A DNA stretch of 62,669 nucleotides, the filler included, from an uncultured bacterium (lineage in GTDB: Bacteria > Hinthialibacterota > Hinthialibacteria > Hinthialibacterales > Hinthialibacteraceae), in assembly GCA_964449065.1 (NCBI GenBank). It is 16 parts of 16 records of this genome, joined end to end, with 100 filler letters (N's around TTAATTAATTAA, not from the genome) between each part and the next. Parts side by side here need not be neighbours in the genome. Positions count along the whole stretch, not along the records: positions 1 to 3,933 come from CAYVAZ010000419.1; positions 4,034 to 7,956 come from CAYVAZ010000420.1; positions 8,057 to 11,957 come from CAYVAZ010000421.1; 13 more parts are not named here. One strand, 5' to 3'. Positions 1-11,100 of the stretch are shown one piece after another. Position numbers and translations under genes: made by a program. Below the pieces are notes generated by a model that did not search any database, had not been told where the DNA came from, and saw nothing but the letters and a program-made list of their open reading frames with translations. How positions within the stretch are numbered: position 1 is the stretch's first letter; every line of letters starts with the position of its first letter.

Positions 1-141
1 AAGACCTGGAAATACCCCCGCAGTCATTCGCGCACATTCGCGTTCATTCGCGGTTTAAACTTGTGCTGCAGGCATCCAGCCTATTGCTATATACTATTCA
101 GCCCGTAAAGTGAGTCATTCCGTCCTGCCCCACCGCTCATG

Positions 142-366
142 TCAAGGCGCTTCCGTTTTGGTAAGAAATTTCATAGCCAAGTCATATCGTTTGAGTGAGC
201 AATTCAAGTATGTGAGTGTTTCAAACTGAACAAAATCCGATAAACAAACGCGGTAGTTTTTTAATAATGGGTGTAATGAGCTTTTTGCAGCCTCAAAATT
301 TTGATCCCGTTTGTCGAGCAAGGCAATCCAATAACTGCTGTCAATGAATACATGTTCTTGCATCAA
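142..366 (-). pseudogene. C-terminally truncated PIN-domain (VapC-like) toxin
   Basis: VFIDSSYWIAL and ETLTYL PIN N-terminal motifs; only 74 aa versus about 130-140 for the family; repeat lies downstream; overlaps upstream antitoxin. Confidence 0.7.
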
Positions 367-578
367 GTGCCTTTAGTTATGTATTGATCATGATTTGTGG
401 AACCATCCTCACGGGAAGATACCGCACCAACTAAATCATCAAACAGGGAAATATCTACGGTTCCCTCCGGTTCTTCTTTTTCGAGCACGGTAACGATCAC
501 GTTTGCTTTTTTTGTATTGGGGATTTTTTCAAGCAAAGTGATTTGACCGTTTTCATAGATTCCATTAACCGACAGCAT
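363..578 (-). CDS. Antitoxin-like small protein (AF2212/DUF104-like N-terminus)
   Basis: GIYENGQI motif; GGAG RBS; stop overlaps the PIN start. Confidence 0.7.
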   Translation of the reverse strand: MLSVNGIYENGQITLLEKIPNTKKANVIVTVLEKEEPEGTVDISLFDDLVGAVSSREDGSTNHDQYITKGT

Positions 579-785
579 GATTTCTCCAATCGTTTTTTTT
601 GAACTCCGTATTAATCATACTCCTTCTCATACCGTTTGCAATTAGGATTTTGTATGTCCATCCAAGCAAGCGTAGGATAGGTTTCGCTGTTCTGTCTTAC
701 CACTCACGAAGCGAATCAAATGACAATCGCAACGGGGTTGAGACTCATACCAACACCGACTGTATAGAACGTCGCGTACCATCCG

Positions 786-1616
786 TTAGTTGATTTCAAC
801 CACCATAAACGTAACGTCATCGTGCTCCCACTTGGATTGGGTAAACTCATTCATCGATTGGAGAATATGATTCTTTACCTCTTCCATCGTTCCATTGGAT
901 TGGTTTAGCACGTTCAGGATATGATCTTTGCTGAAAAACTCCCCGGATGGATTTCGGGCTTCAATAACACCATCCGTATAAGCAAATATCCGGTCTCCGC
1001 TTTTGAGTTGTAAGGTACGCTGGTCATAATCCACCTCTTCCATGATCCCCAACGGAATATTGGATTTATCCTCATTAAACGGCAGAAACAATTCCTGCCA
1101 TTCCCAATCATTTTGCCGTTTGAGCACAAAAGGATGATGGCCGGCATATGAAAAGGTGAAGGTTTTGCTGGTTTCGTAATACGTAAAAACAGCCGCCGTG
1201 GTTAACGCGTCCAACCCCCGGTGATAGGCTGTGTGGTTGATTCGTTGCAGCAAACCAGAGCAATCGGGCTTGTTGATGTACTCGTTCATGCTTTCATAAA
1301 GCCATTGACTGACATTACTCACCCCTTCACCATGACCAACCACATCCGCTAGGGCAACACGGGAAATATTATTCCCTTGGCATGAACTAAAATAGTATAT
1401 ATCTCCGCCTTTGCCGCCATCGCTGGATTGCGAAAACAAACAAGCCGTGATCCCCGTGGTACGGGTGCAGGCATCAATGGCTTCGATCCCACCCCACACC
1501 TCCGCGCACTGTAAGCAATATTCTTTGCCGGCGTCTTTTTCTTGGCTGCTGTATTGGCTGCTTTCATGCCGCGTAAGTGGCTCCAATGATTTCTTGGATT
1601 CTTCGATCGTTTGCAT
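786..1616 (-). CDS. PP2C/SpoIIE-family Ser/Thr phosphatase without sensor domain
   Basis: GGDIYY, ADVVGHG, YTDGVIE, DDVT motifs. Confidence 0.9.
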   Translation of the reverse strand: MQTIEESKKSLEPLTRHESSQYSSQEKDAGKEYCLQCAEVWGGIEAIDACTRTTGITACLFSQSSDGGKGGDIYYFSSCQGNNISRVALADVVGHGEGVSNVSQWLYESMNEYINKPDCSGLLQRINHTAYHRGLDALTTAAVFTYYETSKTFTFSYAGHHPFVLKRQNDWEWQELFLPFNEDKSNIPLGIMEEVDYDQRTLQLKSGDRIFAYTDGVIEARNPSGEFFSKDHILNVLNQSNGTMEEVKNHILQSMNEFTQSKWEHDDVTFMVVEIN

Positions 1617-1702
1617 GATAAATAAACTCTCGACTTCCTTTATATAGACTTGCTTTTATTATACCAAATAAAATCCCAAATGCATGGAAAAATCCCTTTC
1701 GC

Positions 1703-2419
1703 ATGAAAAATGGAACTGTTCTAATCACTGGAGCCGCAAAGCGGGTCGGCAAATCGGTGGCAATCGAATTAGCCAAACATGGGTATGACATTGCCATCCA
1801 TTTTAACCGCTCCAAAACTCACGCGGAAGAATTGCGGCAAACCATACGCGAATTTGGAGTCCATTGCGAGATATTCCCCTGCGATTTAACCCAAACCGAT
1901 GATCTGCAACCTATGATGAATTCGGTGTTTTCTCAGTTCCCCGATTGCAACGTTTTAATCAACAACGCTTCGGTGTTTGAACGAACGTCTTTTACCGATA
2001 CAAGACTCTGTGATTTCAATAAAAATTTCTCTCTACATGTAAAAGCGCCGTTCTTCTTGTCGCAGGCGTTCGCGAAACACTGTACCGCAGGCAATATCAT
2101 TAACATGGTGGATACCAAAGTTTACAAAACGTTGACAGCCTATTTTGCCTACACGCTCAGCAAAAAAACCTTGTTTGAATTCACCAAAATGGCGGCGAAA
2201 GATCTGGCACCCAATATTCGCGTCAATGGCATTGCCCCGGGCTATATTCTCCCGCCGATTGATGGCAGCGATACGGATGAAGACCGGGTACAGAACCGCA
2301 TTCCACTCAAGCGGTTGGGGAACCCCGAATGGATCGCGCAGACGGTGTTGTACATCCTCAATAATCCCTTCATCACCGGCGAATGCATTACCGTGGACGG
2401 CGGGGAAAGGTTGAAGTAA
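1703..2419 (+). CDS. SDR oxidoreductase, pteridine reductase/FolM-like
   Basis: TGAAKRVG, NNAS, YTLSK, VNGIAPG; adjacent to folB. Confidence 0.85.
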   Translation: MKNGTVLITGAAKRVGKSVAIELAKHGYDIAIHFNRSKTHAEELRQTIREFGVHCEIFPCDLTQTDDLQPMMNSVFSQFPDCNVLINNASVFERTSFTDTRLCDFNKNFSLHVKAPFFLSQAFAKHCTAGNIINMVDTKVYKTLTAYFAYTLSKKTLFEFTKMAAKDLAPNIRVNGIAPGYILPPIDGSDTDEDRVQNRIPLKRLGNPEWIAQTVLYILNNPFITGECITVDGGERLK

Positions 2420-2422
2420 GCA

Positions 2423-2797
2423 ATGCGTCTAACAATCGATGAACTACGGGCGGAAGCGATTATCGGCATCCACCGCCATGAACGAAAAACCAAACAGCCG
2501 ATTTTGATCAATTTGGATATTGAGATCAAGCATGAAGTAAAAGACGATGAAATCAAAACCACGCTGGATTACGAAGACCTTTCCAACCGGATTGTGGATT
2601 TTGTTGAAACATCTTCCTTCAATTTGCTGGAAACCTTGGTGGAAAAGGTATTGGATATCATTTTTGAATACGACATGGTGACCGCGGCGGAAGTGGAGAT
2701 CGAAAAGCCGCAAGCGTTAAAAAGCGCGCAGAGTGTTTCCGTGATATCGAACCGAAAGCGAAATCATTCAGTGCCTGCGCTTGTACCAGATATCTAA
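2423..2797 (+). CDS. folB: Dihydroneopterin aldolase
   Basis: IIGIHRHER, TLDY, FNLLETL, IEKP motifs. Confidence 0.9.
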   Translation: MRLTIDELRAEAIIGIHRHERKTKQPILINLDIEIKHEVKDDEIKTTLDYEDLSNRIVDFVETSSFNLLETLVEKVLDIIFEYDMVTAAEVEIEKPQALKSAQSVSVISNRKRNHSVPALVPDI

Positions 2798-3487
2798 ATG
2801 CTTGCGGCTTTTGAGGACGCGCCTTTGCATGACCATCATTTTTAAGAAAAAGGTTGTGAATTCCCAGGTTGAGAATTGATGCACCTTTCGCGGTGATGTT
2901 TTCACCGGGTGCTTGACGATCCGAAGTTTGCCGTGTTTCTTCAGTTTGAATCCCAAATCCAATTCCTCCGAAGCATAAAGTTCTTCATTAAAACCGCCAA
3001 CCGCGTCGAAGATTTCTTTCTTTGCAAAAAGATATGATCCTGCTGGAAGTTTGAATATCCGCGAAATTGTATTCCAACATGAAAGGACACAATCCGCCCA
3101 GAAGTGAGTGTGACCGTTCCAAGCGATTCTCGCCCCCCCGCCGACAGATCCGCTTTCGATGGCTTCCACCGTTTGCTTTACGGTGTCATATTCGATGACG
3201 GTATCGGCATCGACAAACAATACCCATTCTCCTTGAGCCGCGGCCGCCCCGACATTGCGTGTCGCGCCGATATTGCGTTTGCCGGAGAGAACAACCTTCG
3301 CCCCAGCTTCCTGTGCGAGTTCACCGGTTCCATCATCAGAAGCATCGTCCGAAACAATGACCTCCAATAATGGGACACTGGCATCGCTAAAGGCCTGTTG
3401 AACCGATTGTACCGTATCAACAATATGATCTTTTTCGTTGTACGCGGGGATGATGACAGAGATAGAACAATTTACAGGAGGTGCCAT
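2768..3487 (-). CDS. Glycosyltransferase family 2
   Basis: SVIIPAYNE, DDASDDGT, FVDAD, GGFNE motifs. Confidence 0.9.
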   Translation of the reverse strand: MAPPVNCSISVIIPAYNEKDHIVDTVQSVQQAFSDASVPLLEVIVSDDASDDGTGELAQEAGAKVVLSGKRNIGATRNVGAAAAQGEWVLFVDADTVIEYDTVKQTVEAIESGSVGGGARIAWNGHTHFWADCVLSCWNTISRIFKLPAGSYLFAKKEIFDAVGGFNEELYASEELDLGFKLKKHGKLRIVKHPVKTSPRKVHQFSTWEFTTFFLKMMVMQRRVLKSRKHLDIWYKRRH

Positions 3488-3632
3488 ATCTTCTTTTACG
3501 CGGTTTGATTTAAGGGGTTATATGTTTTTCAATTTCTTTCATAACTCCATTGTGATTGAAAGCCAGCGAAAATGTAGGGTGACGTTGAGCGATGCGCAAC
3601 CCGCCTTAATCACCGGCAACTTATTTATTTCC

Positions 3633-3886
3633 TTCGCGTTCATTCGCGTTCATTCGCGGTTGAAAAATATGGTGCAGGCTTCCAGCCTGCAAAAGCATTT
3701 GGGAGAGATGTCCAACGCAAGGAGGACAGAGGGGGCGCGGCCACGTATCAAAATAACCGGGCAGCCGGTATTTCGTAGGGTGGGCTCAACACTCTCAAAA
3801 CGATGATTACGCTTTATATCAAAGCGGGTGTATACCTGAATCAACTCGTTCCGCTTCTGTCCGGTAGCCAACCAATCACGCAAGCG
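3633..3886. repeat. Composite dispersed repeat CR1; other copies or partials at 1-82, 12058-12227, 15816-15955, 16091-16230, 16262-16626
   Basis: Shared modules ATTCGCGTTCATTCGCGGTT, GTGCAGGCTTCCAGCCTGCA, GGGGGAGATGTCCAACGC, AGCCGGTATTTCG, GGGCTCAACAC and a conserved ~73-bp non-palindromic core. Confidence 0.9.
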
Positions 3887-3933
3887 AGACACGGGAACGC
3901 AAAGAACCCGCCGTTGTTGCCCCCCTTATTAAG

Positions 3934-4033
3934 NNNNNNNNNNNNNNNNNNNNNNNNNNNNNNNNNNNNNNNNNNNNTTAATTAATTAANNNNNNNNNNN
4001 NNNNNNNNNNNNNNNNNNNNNNNNNNNNNNNNN
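3934..4033. other. Artificial contig linker (N run + TTAATTAATTAA + N run); also at 7957, 11958, 15956, 19926, 23884, 27831, 31766, 35694, 39601, 43498, 47376, 51245, 55085, 58891 (100 nt each)
   Basis: Identical 100-nt spacer with stops in all six frames; contig lengths decrease monotonically. Confidence 0.98.
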
Positions 4034-7000
4034 CTGTCTGACATCTTCTGACCGCATTGTTTCTTAGAATATCTACACAGACTGCTTCCCCTGCAACCAG
4101 ATCCGTATCTGCTGAATAGAAGTATTCGGCGTAGTCGGCGCCGCCGTTGTTAAACGCACCATCGGCGTACACATTGCCGTCACCCTGAACTTTAAAAGCA
4201 ATACCGTCTATACCGGGTCCGGTCGAAGTGCCGACTTCCAAAATATTGGTACCGGCTCCGGCTGAAGTATTGACAATGGATAGTCTGGCTTCCGGACTGG
4301 TGGTACCGATGCCCATATTAATACCATCCTGTGACAGATACATGGTTGACTGAAAAGCTGAATTGGCCATTAAGAAACCATGGTCATCCATACCACCTAA
4401 ACTACCGGTATCGTTATACATGTACCATTCATTTGTTCCCTGGCTCTGCCAAGTCAAACCTGAATCTCTCGGTGTAGAATCATCATTATTAATCTTCATG
4501 CCAATATAATTGTCTCCGGCGGTATCGATGGCTAAACCGGGATAGCTGACGCCATTGGGTGTGGTAATATGGACTTTTCTTTGCGGAGTCGAAGTATTAA
4601 ATCCGAAAAATCCCTTGTTGTCGATAACCATAATCTGTTGGTTGGTACTAGTCGCAATTTGAAAAACACCACTTGCTCCAGCCACAGTTTCAACTGACAT
4701 ACCATAACCGCCGCTAGCGGACGCTACTTCTATAGCCATGCCATAACCACCAGAACCAGACGGAACTTCGACTGTCAGACCATACTTAGGTGTGGTTGTG
4801 CCCAAGCCAATTTTCAAACCATTTTCATTATCTATTATGAAGACATCGGATTCATCTACAGTGACATCTGAAGTGGCATAATTCCAAACAAAACTCCTGT
4901 CCGCCGTATCTGCTATCGTAACGCGACCACCGGCAATACTATAATCACCTCCATCTATTTCAACATTATTACCTCCTAAAACATGGGCATTGGTATCATT
5001 TACTTCATTTTCCATGCCACCCAAAATACTGCTGTATGATGTAGTGATATCGTTATCATAACCACCAAAGACAACGCTACTATGGCGAGTCACACTATTT
5101 AATTCTCCTCCCAAAACTGTCATATAAAATCCATTAGTCGCTGCATAAGCATAGTTATAAGAACCACCACCAATAAATGACCTGTCTCCCAAAGAATTAC
5201 TGTAACCGCCCAACACCGTACCGGCCAACATGGCTTGCACAATATTATTTTGACCTCCGCCGATAGTTCCATACATGTATTGAGATAGATTATCTGAACC
5301 ACCCAAGACAGTGGCATAACCGGCTCGTACCTGACTATTCTTTCCGTAAGCCACTGAATATTCCCCGATATTACTGTCATTCCATTGAACACCATCTACA
5401 TAGCCGGCTCGAAAGGCCGCATTGTTGGGCAGCCACATCATACGAGTCCCAGCTCCTGAGACAGCATCTACAACTATACCGTTATTATATGTACCATTTG
5501 CTATTAAATGATTGGTTGTGGTTACCCTGCCATCCACCAACAAACCGCTTGCCATATACACATTAGTGTTGGTTGTAGTGGGTCTAAGATAATTACTGGT
5601 GTGCAAAGCTGTGCTGTTCTTGTCAACCGCTGTTTGACGCCAAGCGGCTTCCAAAAAAGCCGCGATTACGGTATTTAAATCTGTCCAATCATTAATATAC
5701 TCAGTGTTCAAACCTAAGGTCGTCTTGGCATAGTAACTGGAAGAGGTGGTGGTATCCAAGTTAGTGGAAGTGGCATTAATCGTACCTACTCGAATTGAGT
5801 TATCAAAATCATAATGAGCTGAATTACCCACAAATTCCAAATCAGACTGATTGTCAACTTGTAAGGTGGCATAATTACCAAAACCAACATCAATTAAAGT
5901 AACAAAAGGATAAGAACTTCTGACTAAATTCAAATCCGGAGTTTGAAAGTTGGTGTACCAATAGCTAGTATTACTGATAGTTAAATCTTCACCCACCCTC
6001 ATAGCTGCTTGAGTGTTTAAGTTGCCGGTTGAAGTTAAGCTGCCGCTGGCCGCCAAATTATTACCCACGTTTAAATCTCCACTGGCATAACCGGTTCCGG
6101 TTGGAGCTGACCCGATAGTCATATACTGAGTACTGGTAGCTGAACCGTTTAGTAAACTATTGCCATCTACCGTAAAGGTTTCACCATACCAACCTCCTGG
6201 AGTAGTCGTATTGACCCCGAATTTTAAACCGAAATAATTATAGAAAACAGCGGCATTGGGAGTCTCAACTTGAATAAAATCCGAACCACCCCCATCACGG
6301 AATCCCCAGACAAAACTGTTTACTGCAGTGGGTTCGGTATACATCCGATCCCCGAAAATAAATGAATGATCTGCCTTGTTCTGGGAATATCTACCCATAA
6401 GTATGCCATTGGTCGCATGAACTGAACTGGTAGCACTTGGAGATAACAGAAAGGAATTATTGCCGCTAACTTTAGTGCTGTAGCCTAAATTGAAAGACTG
6501 GTTGCCAATTTCAGCGTCTGTCCATTTATTCTCACTAGCTAGACTAAAACCGCTGAAAAAACTGCCCTGCTTATTCGGTAGAAACATGGAATAGAAACCA
6601 TTGCCCAAGCCGGGCGTTTGGCCAACAGTTGTTTCTGCTCCAATTAAGAGTCCTCCTTCCACCGTTAGAGTACTGCTGACATTAGCAGTACCAATACTCA
6701 TCACATTTGCAGCATAAACATCTCCGGTAGTCGTAGCGCTGTTGAAACTCATACCCAAACTGTTATCGACGGCCAAGACAGAATTAGCTTGAGCAGTACT
6801 GCTAGCGTTATAGCCATCCACTAAGCCGGCATTAAAAGCGTAGGGTGAAGCGGTTAATCTTTTTCTGGGACTGAAAACCTCTTCAAAACTGCCGTTATTA
6901 TCCGCATCCAAACTGACTTGTAAATACAGCTCATCACTGGCTAAGATATTAGCGCTAATTGAAGTTGAAGTGCCTAAAGCAACGGAAAAGACGCCATTGT

Positions 7001-7340
7001 TTATTGTAACTTGACCGGCTACTGAACCAGCGTTCCAAGTTTCTTCCCAGAGTGGACTGCCCCCAGCCTGACTGGCATACAAAGCAAAATGAAAATCATA
7101 AGCACCATCAGACAGAGCAATGCCAGAACTTCTGGCTATTTTTCCCTGATAATTCAACTGGCCATTAATGCCAGTTGCAGCTTGGGTAAGTTGAACTAAT
7201 GAGGTTTCGTCAAACACATCCATTAAAACCCAAGCTGCTAACAGTATCATGGGCACGACAAGCAAAAGTATAGTCAAGACTAACTTTTTAATGATTTTGC
7301 CTTGTGAAGACTGGTATTTTTCAATCGTTAAAAATGACAT
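4034..7340 (-). CDS. Large Gly/Thr/Ser-rich surface or fibre-like protein, 3-prime truncated, Patescibacteria-type
   Basis: N-terminal TM; RKRLTASPYAFNA; repeated GTTTP/ATST motifs; YadA-head-like GGxxN repeats; GADYAEYF near the C-terminus. Confidence 0.75.
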
Positions 7341-7361
7341 AACTGGTAATATCTAAAGAAA

Positions 7362-7956
7362 TTAGATAGCTGGTTCTGGTGCTGGAGTAGGAGGTACAAC
7401 TGGCTCAGGAACAGGCGTTAAGGCCGGTTCAGGCATTGGTTCTGGAACGGATTCTGGTTGTGGTTCAGGAGTTTCAGCTGGTTCAGGAGTCATGACTGGC
7501 TCAGGTTCAACAGCTTCTTCAACTGCCGGTTCAGAAGTTGGTTCTGGAACGGGTTCTGGTTGTGGTTCAGGAGTTTCAGCTGGTTCAGGAGTCATGACTG
7601 GCTCAGGTNNNNNNNNNNNNNNNNNNNNNNNNNNNNNNNNNNNNNNNNNNNNNNNNNNNNNNNNNNNNNNNNNNNNNNNNNNNNNNNNNNNNNNNNNNNN
7701 NNNNNNNNTCAATAACCGGTTGCATAATAATCGTTTCTTCCATGGATTCATCAACACCCAATACTGTACCTGTATAGCCACTAACTGCCACGGCTTGCCA
7801 GTTGAAGGTTAATTCTGTTGCGAGTGGTTGATCTATTTCAATGCTAAAGCCAGTTGTCCTTTCTTTAACAACTATATACTCTCTGCCTTGAGGATTGTTT
7901 CTGGGCGTCACGACAATAATCGGTTGCCAGGCATACTCTTGGTCAAAGACAACTTG
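7362..7956 (-). CDS. C-terminal part of a second large surface protein with a Pro/Glu-rich tail (spans N gap 7609-7708)
   Basis: PIIVVTPRN...TTGFSIEI...FNWQAVAV domain followed by PEP repeats; open to the contig end. Confidence 0.65.
7438..7608. repeat. Intragenic tandem repeat, period 102 bp (34 aa, PEPVMTPEPAETPEPQPE)
   Basis: 7441 and 7543 start near-identical units; array runs into the N gap. Confidence 0.85.
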
Positions 7957-8159
7957 NNNNNNNNNNNNNNNNNNNNNNNNNNNNNNNNNNNNNNNNNNNN
8001 TTAATTAATTAANNNNNNNNNNNNNNNNNNNNNNNNNNNNNNNNNNNNNNNNNNNNTGCATAAAAGATAACTCACTTTTTATATGTAACTTGGTATAATC
8101 CATTATCCACGAAGCGGAAATTTTATCAATTATAACATAGCCGATTTTTTAAACGGAAT

Positions 8160-11100
8160 TTAAATTTGGGAAGGTGTAAAGGTATATTGGTTGTTCTCGT
8201 GGGTTTCTTCATCCACAATTTCATCGGGATCAACCGTGATGGTAAATGATTCAATATCAGCCGGCAGGTTGAAAGTATGGGCGTATTCGCCGCCAACGTC
8301 TATCGTCATGGGTTCAACTTGCCGGGTGGACCGGTTCAATGGAAAACGAAGAATCTGTTCATTTCCATTGCGCACCACCGAAATTTCTAATACTACCCGT
8401 TCCGCTTTGCTTTCTCCCCGATTGATGACTTTATACGAAACATGGTATTGATTGCCGCTTCGGTTAACCGATACATTCTCTTCGTTTAACACCAAATCCG
8501 CTTTTTTGCGGACGGAAACGAGAGAGGCAATCGAATTATTATCATCGTTCGATTCGTTAATTTGCAAATTGGAATCGGCTTTGATGATTAAGGTGTGCTC
8601 GCCCGCGTTGGCAGTACCATCCCACCGGAGTTTGACTGTTCTCCTTTCTCCAGGGTTGAGTTGATCCACACGGATACTGCGTTCTCCAACCACGACTTCA
8701 AACGCGGTTTCGTTCCCGTCTCCGCTATTTCGAAATCCCTGCACGGTGAAGTTTTCCGCGGAGCCTTTTCCCTGATTGATGAGTTCCGCCTCAACAAAGA
8801 TGGTTTCACCGGAGCGGGGGGATTGCGGTGCGATTTTCATGCTTCCATCCCGAAACGTCAGGTCCGGAAGTCTGCCGGTAGTGGGGGCAACATATTCCGT
8901 TGCCGATTTTTGACTTGGAATTGGAACCGCTCCATGCCCTACAACAATTTTTCCATTGTCTGTTGTTATAAAGTATTCACCCGCTTTTCCATTTTCAAAC
9001 TGTTTCGCATATTCCTTGCTTAAACCGGCTGCAAACGCGCGATGCCCCTGCATGTTTTCTTTTTCTAAAATTTCAAATTCCGAGCCGTCTTCATTTTGAA
9101 TCCAAGCGCCGCCATCAAGGGGATTTTTAAACAAGTCATTGCCCTCAAAGCGGTATTTATAACGGGAATCATCCTCCAACAGTTCTCCTTCTAAATGGAT
9201 AAAACGGGGCATTGGCAGCGCCGGGTCGCCAAAGATCGCAAACTGATCGATGGGCTCAAAGGTTTCTTTAAAGGCCAAACTCATCAATTGCGCGGTGTAA
9301 TATTGCAGGCCGAATGTGGAAAGCCCATATTCAAACGCGGCTTCATGCAGCCCGCGCCCCAACACAATATGATCTTGGGGATACCCTCTACCGGCCGCGC
9401 CCACAATGGCAATGGAGCCGCCATTGGGCAGTGTCAACAAATCTTCGCCGATGGAAATATTCCACTTTTCATGGGGATAATCAAAGCGGGTGGTCTCGCA
9501 GGAAAATGACCAGAGGATATGCGGTTTTTGGCTGCTCATCAGTTTTTTGACATCGGAAAATTTTGAGCCGCCGCCAAAGAACATCCGTTCATGCCCCATC
9601 ACATTGGGAGCCCCATGACCGAAGAACTCCCATAAGAAAACACCTTGGTTAAGCCGGTTGATAATGTCTTCGGTTGCTTCCAAACTGGTTTTCGCGCGCA
9701 GGGCGGCGCGCTGTCTTGCCGGAAGATAAATGTTGTCCACAAGGGGATAATCCGCAATATGGCGTTCGGTGACTTGAAAGCCTTGGGGAATCCAATCATC
9801 CAAGAGTTCTGCCGTGTATTGTTCAAACTCGTTATCGGTAATAACCAACACCCGGTTCAACCATTCATCCAAGGGCCGGTTGGTTCGATAGTCTTCCGTT
9901 TTTTGCAGAACGTTCAACAGTTCTGATGAGCTACGAACCGGAATCCGGGCAATAACCATATCGGGAACCATGTCGCTTGGATCGTCGCAGCGCACAAACC
10001 AGTTTTCGATCGCGTAATTTTCATCCCCTTGATACGATGGCACGATATTCCCAATGCCATTGTTAAACCGTCCCCAATAATCCCAGGTGGCATCGCCGGC
10101 CAGCAGTACATACGAAGGCTTGGGTTCTTGCCAGTGCAGGTAGGCATGGCGAATGAAATCTTTGATGGCTTGCGGAGAAAGCCTGCCGTTGCCGAACACA
10201 TCGTAGATATCTTCAACCGCGATCACTTTTGAGGTGAGAGACTGCTGTTGAGTCAATAGATCCTGATACGCGGAAAACAACGGCTGCCATTCGCGGGGAG
10301 AGACAATCAGAACATCCGCTTGCGGCGTATGTTTTGATAACACGGTTCGGTTGGCTGCGGACATGGATTTTTCGATGGTCGCGGAAGCAATCTGAGCAGC
10401 CGGGGAAAGGCAATACAAAACGGTTTCTCCTTCAGGAAGTTCAATTGCATTCGACGGGGTTTTATCTCTAACCAAAAGTGAATGTGTATCATCTTTATGG
10501 TGTTGAACGGCAATCACCAAACCGGCATCATTCGGGATTGTTACGTTTTGATATCCCAGCGGATTGGTATACGCGTTCGAAGAGTTTTTGATCTCCGTTG
10601 GATAATACAAATCCACCGAATCCAAATGGACGGTGTTGGATAGTTGAAACGCATCTTGGATATCTAGGGTGAATGTGTTATTTTTTGCCAGCGCGGATGA
10701 CAGGACTTGTGATTGAAGAGTGAATTTGTTATTGCCGGTGTGGATTACGGTTGCGGATGTGATAACACGGGCATTAATCGAAGCCGTTATGTTTTTGGGT
10801 TGGATGGCGTAATTGCTGTTGCGCAGGTCTAAATGAATATCCGCGAACGCGGTGGCATCTTTTATCTCCTCAACAACCGGGAATGGAATATGAATTTCAC
10901 CGTCCGAAAAATTATGCCACATCCAATATTGGTTTTGCTCTTCATTGCGCTTGCGGTCTGCCAAATGGAATTCATCTTGTTCTAAATGGATATGCCGGTG
11001 GAGAGTCTCCGTCCCGGTTTGCGCGTTTCTCAACGCGGCAGCCGTCTTTACTGAATCGCGATGCACTGTTATCCATGTGACGACATTGGGTGAGAACGAC

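Noticed and set aside
3978..3989. Recurring TTAATTAATTAA about every 3.9 kb and ORFs ending XXX-LIN
   Set aside because: Artificial linker between size-sorted contigs
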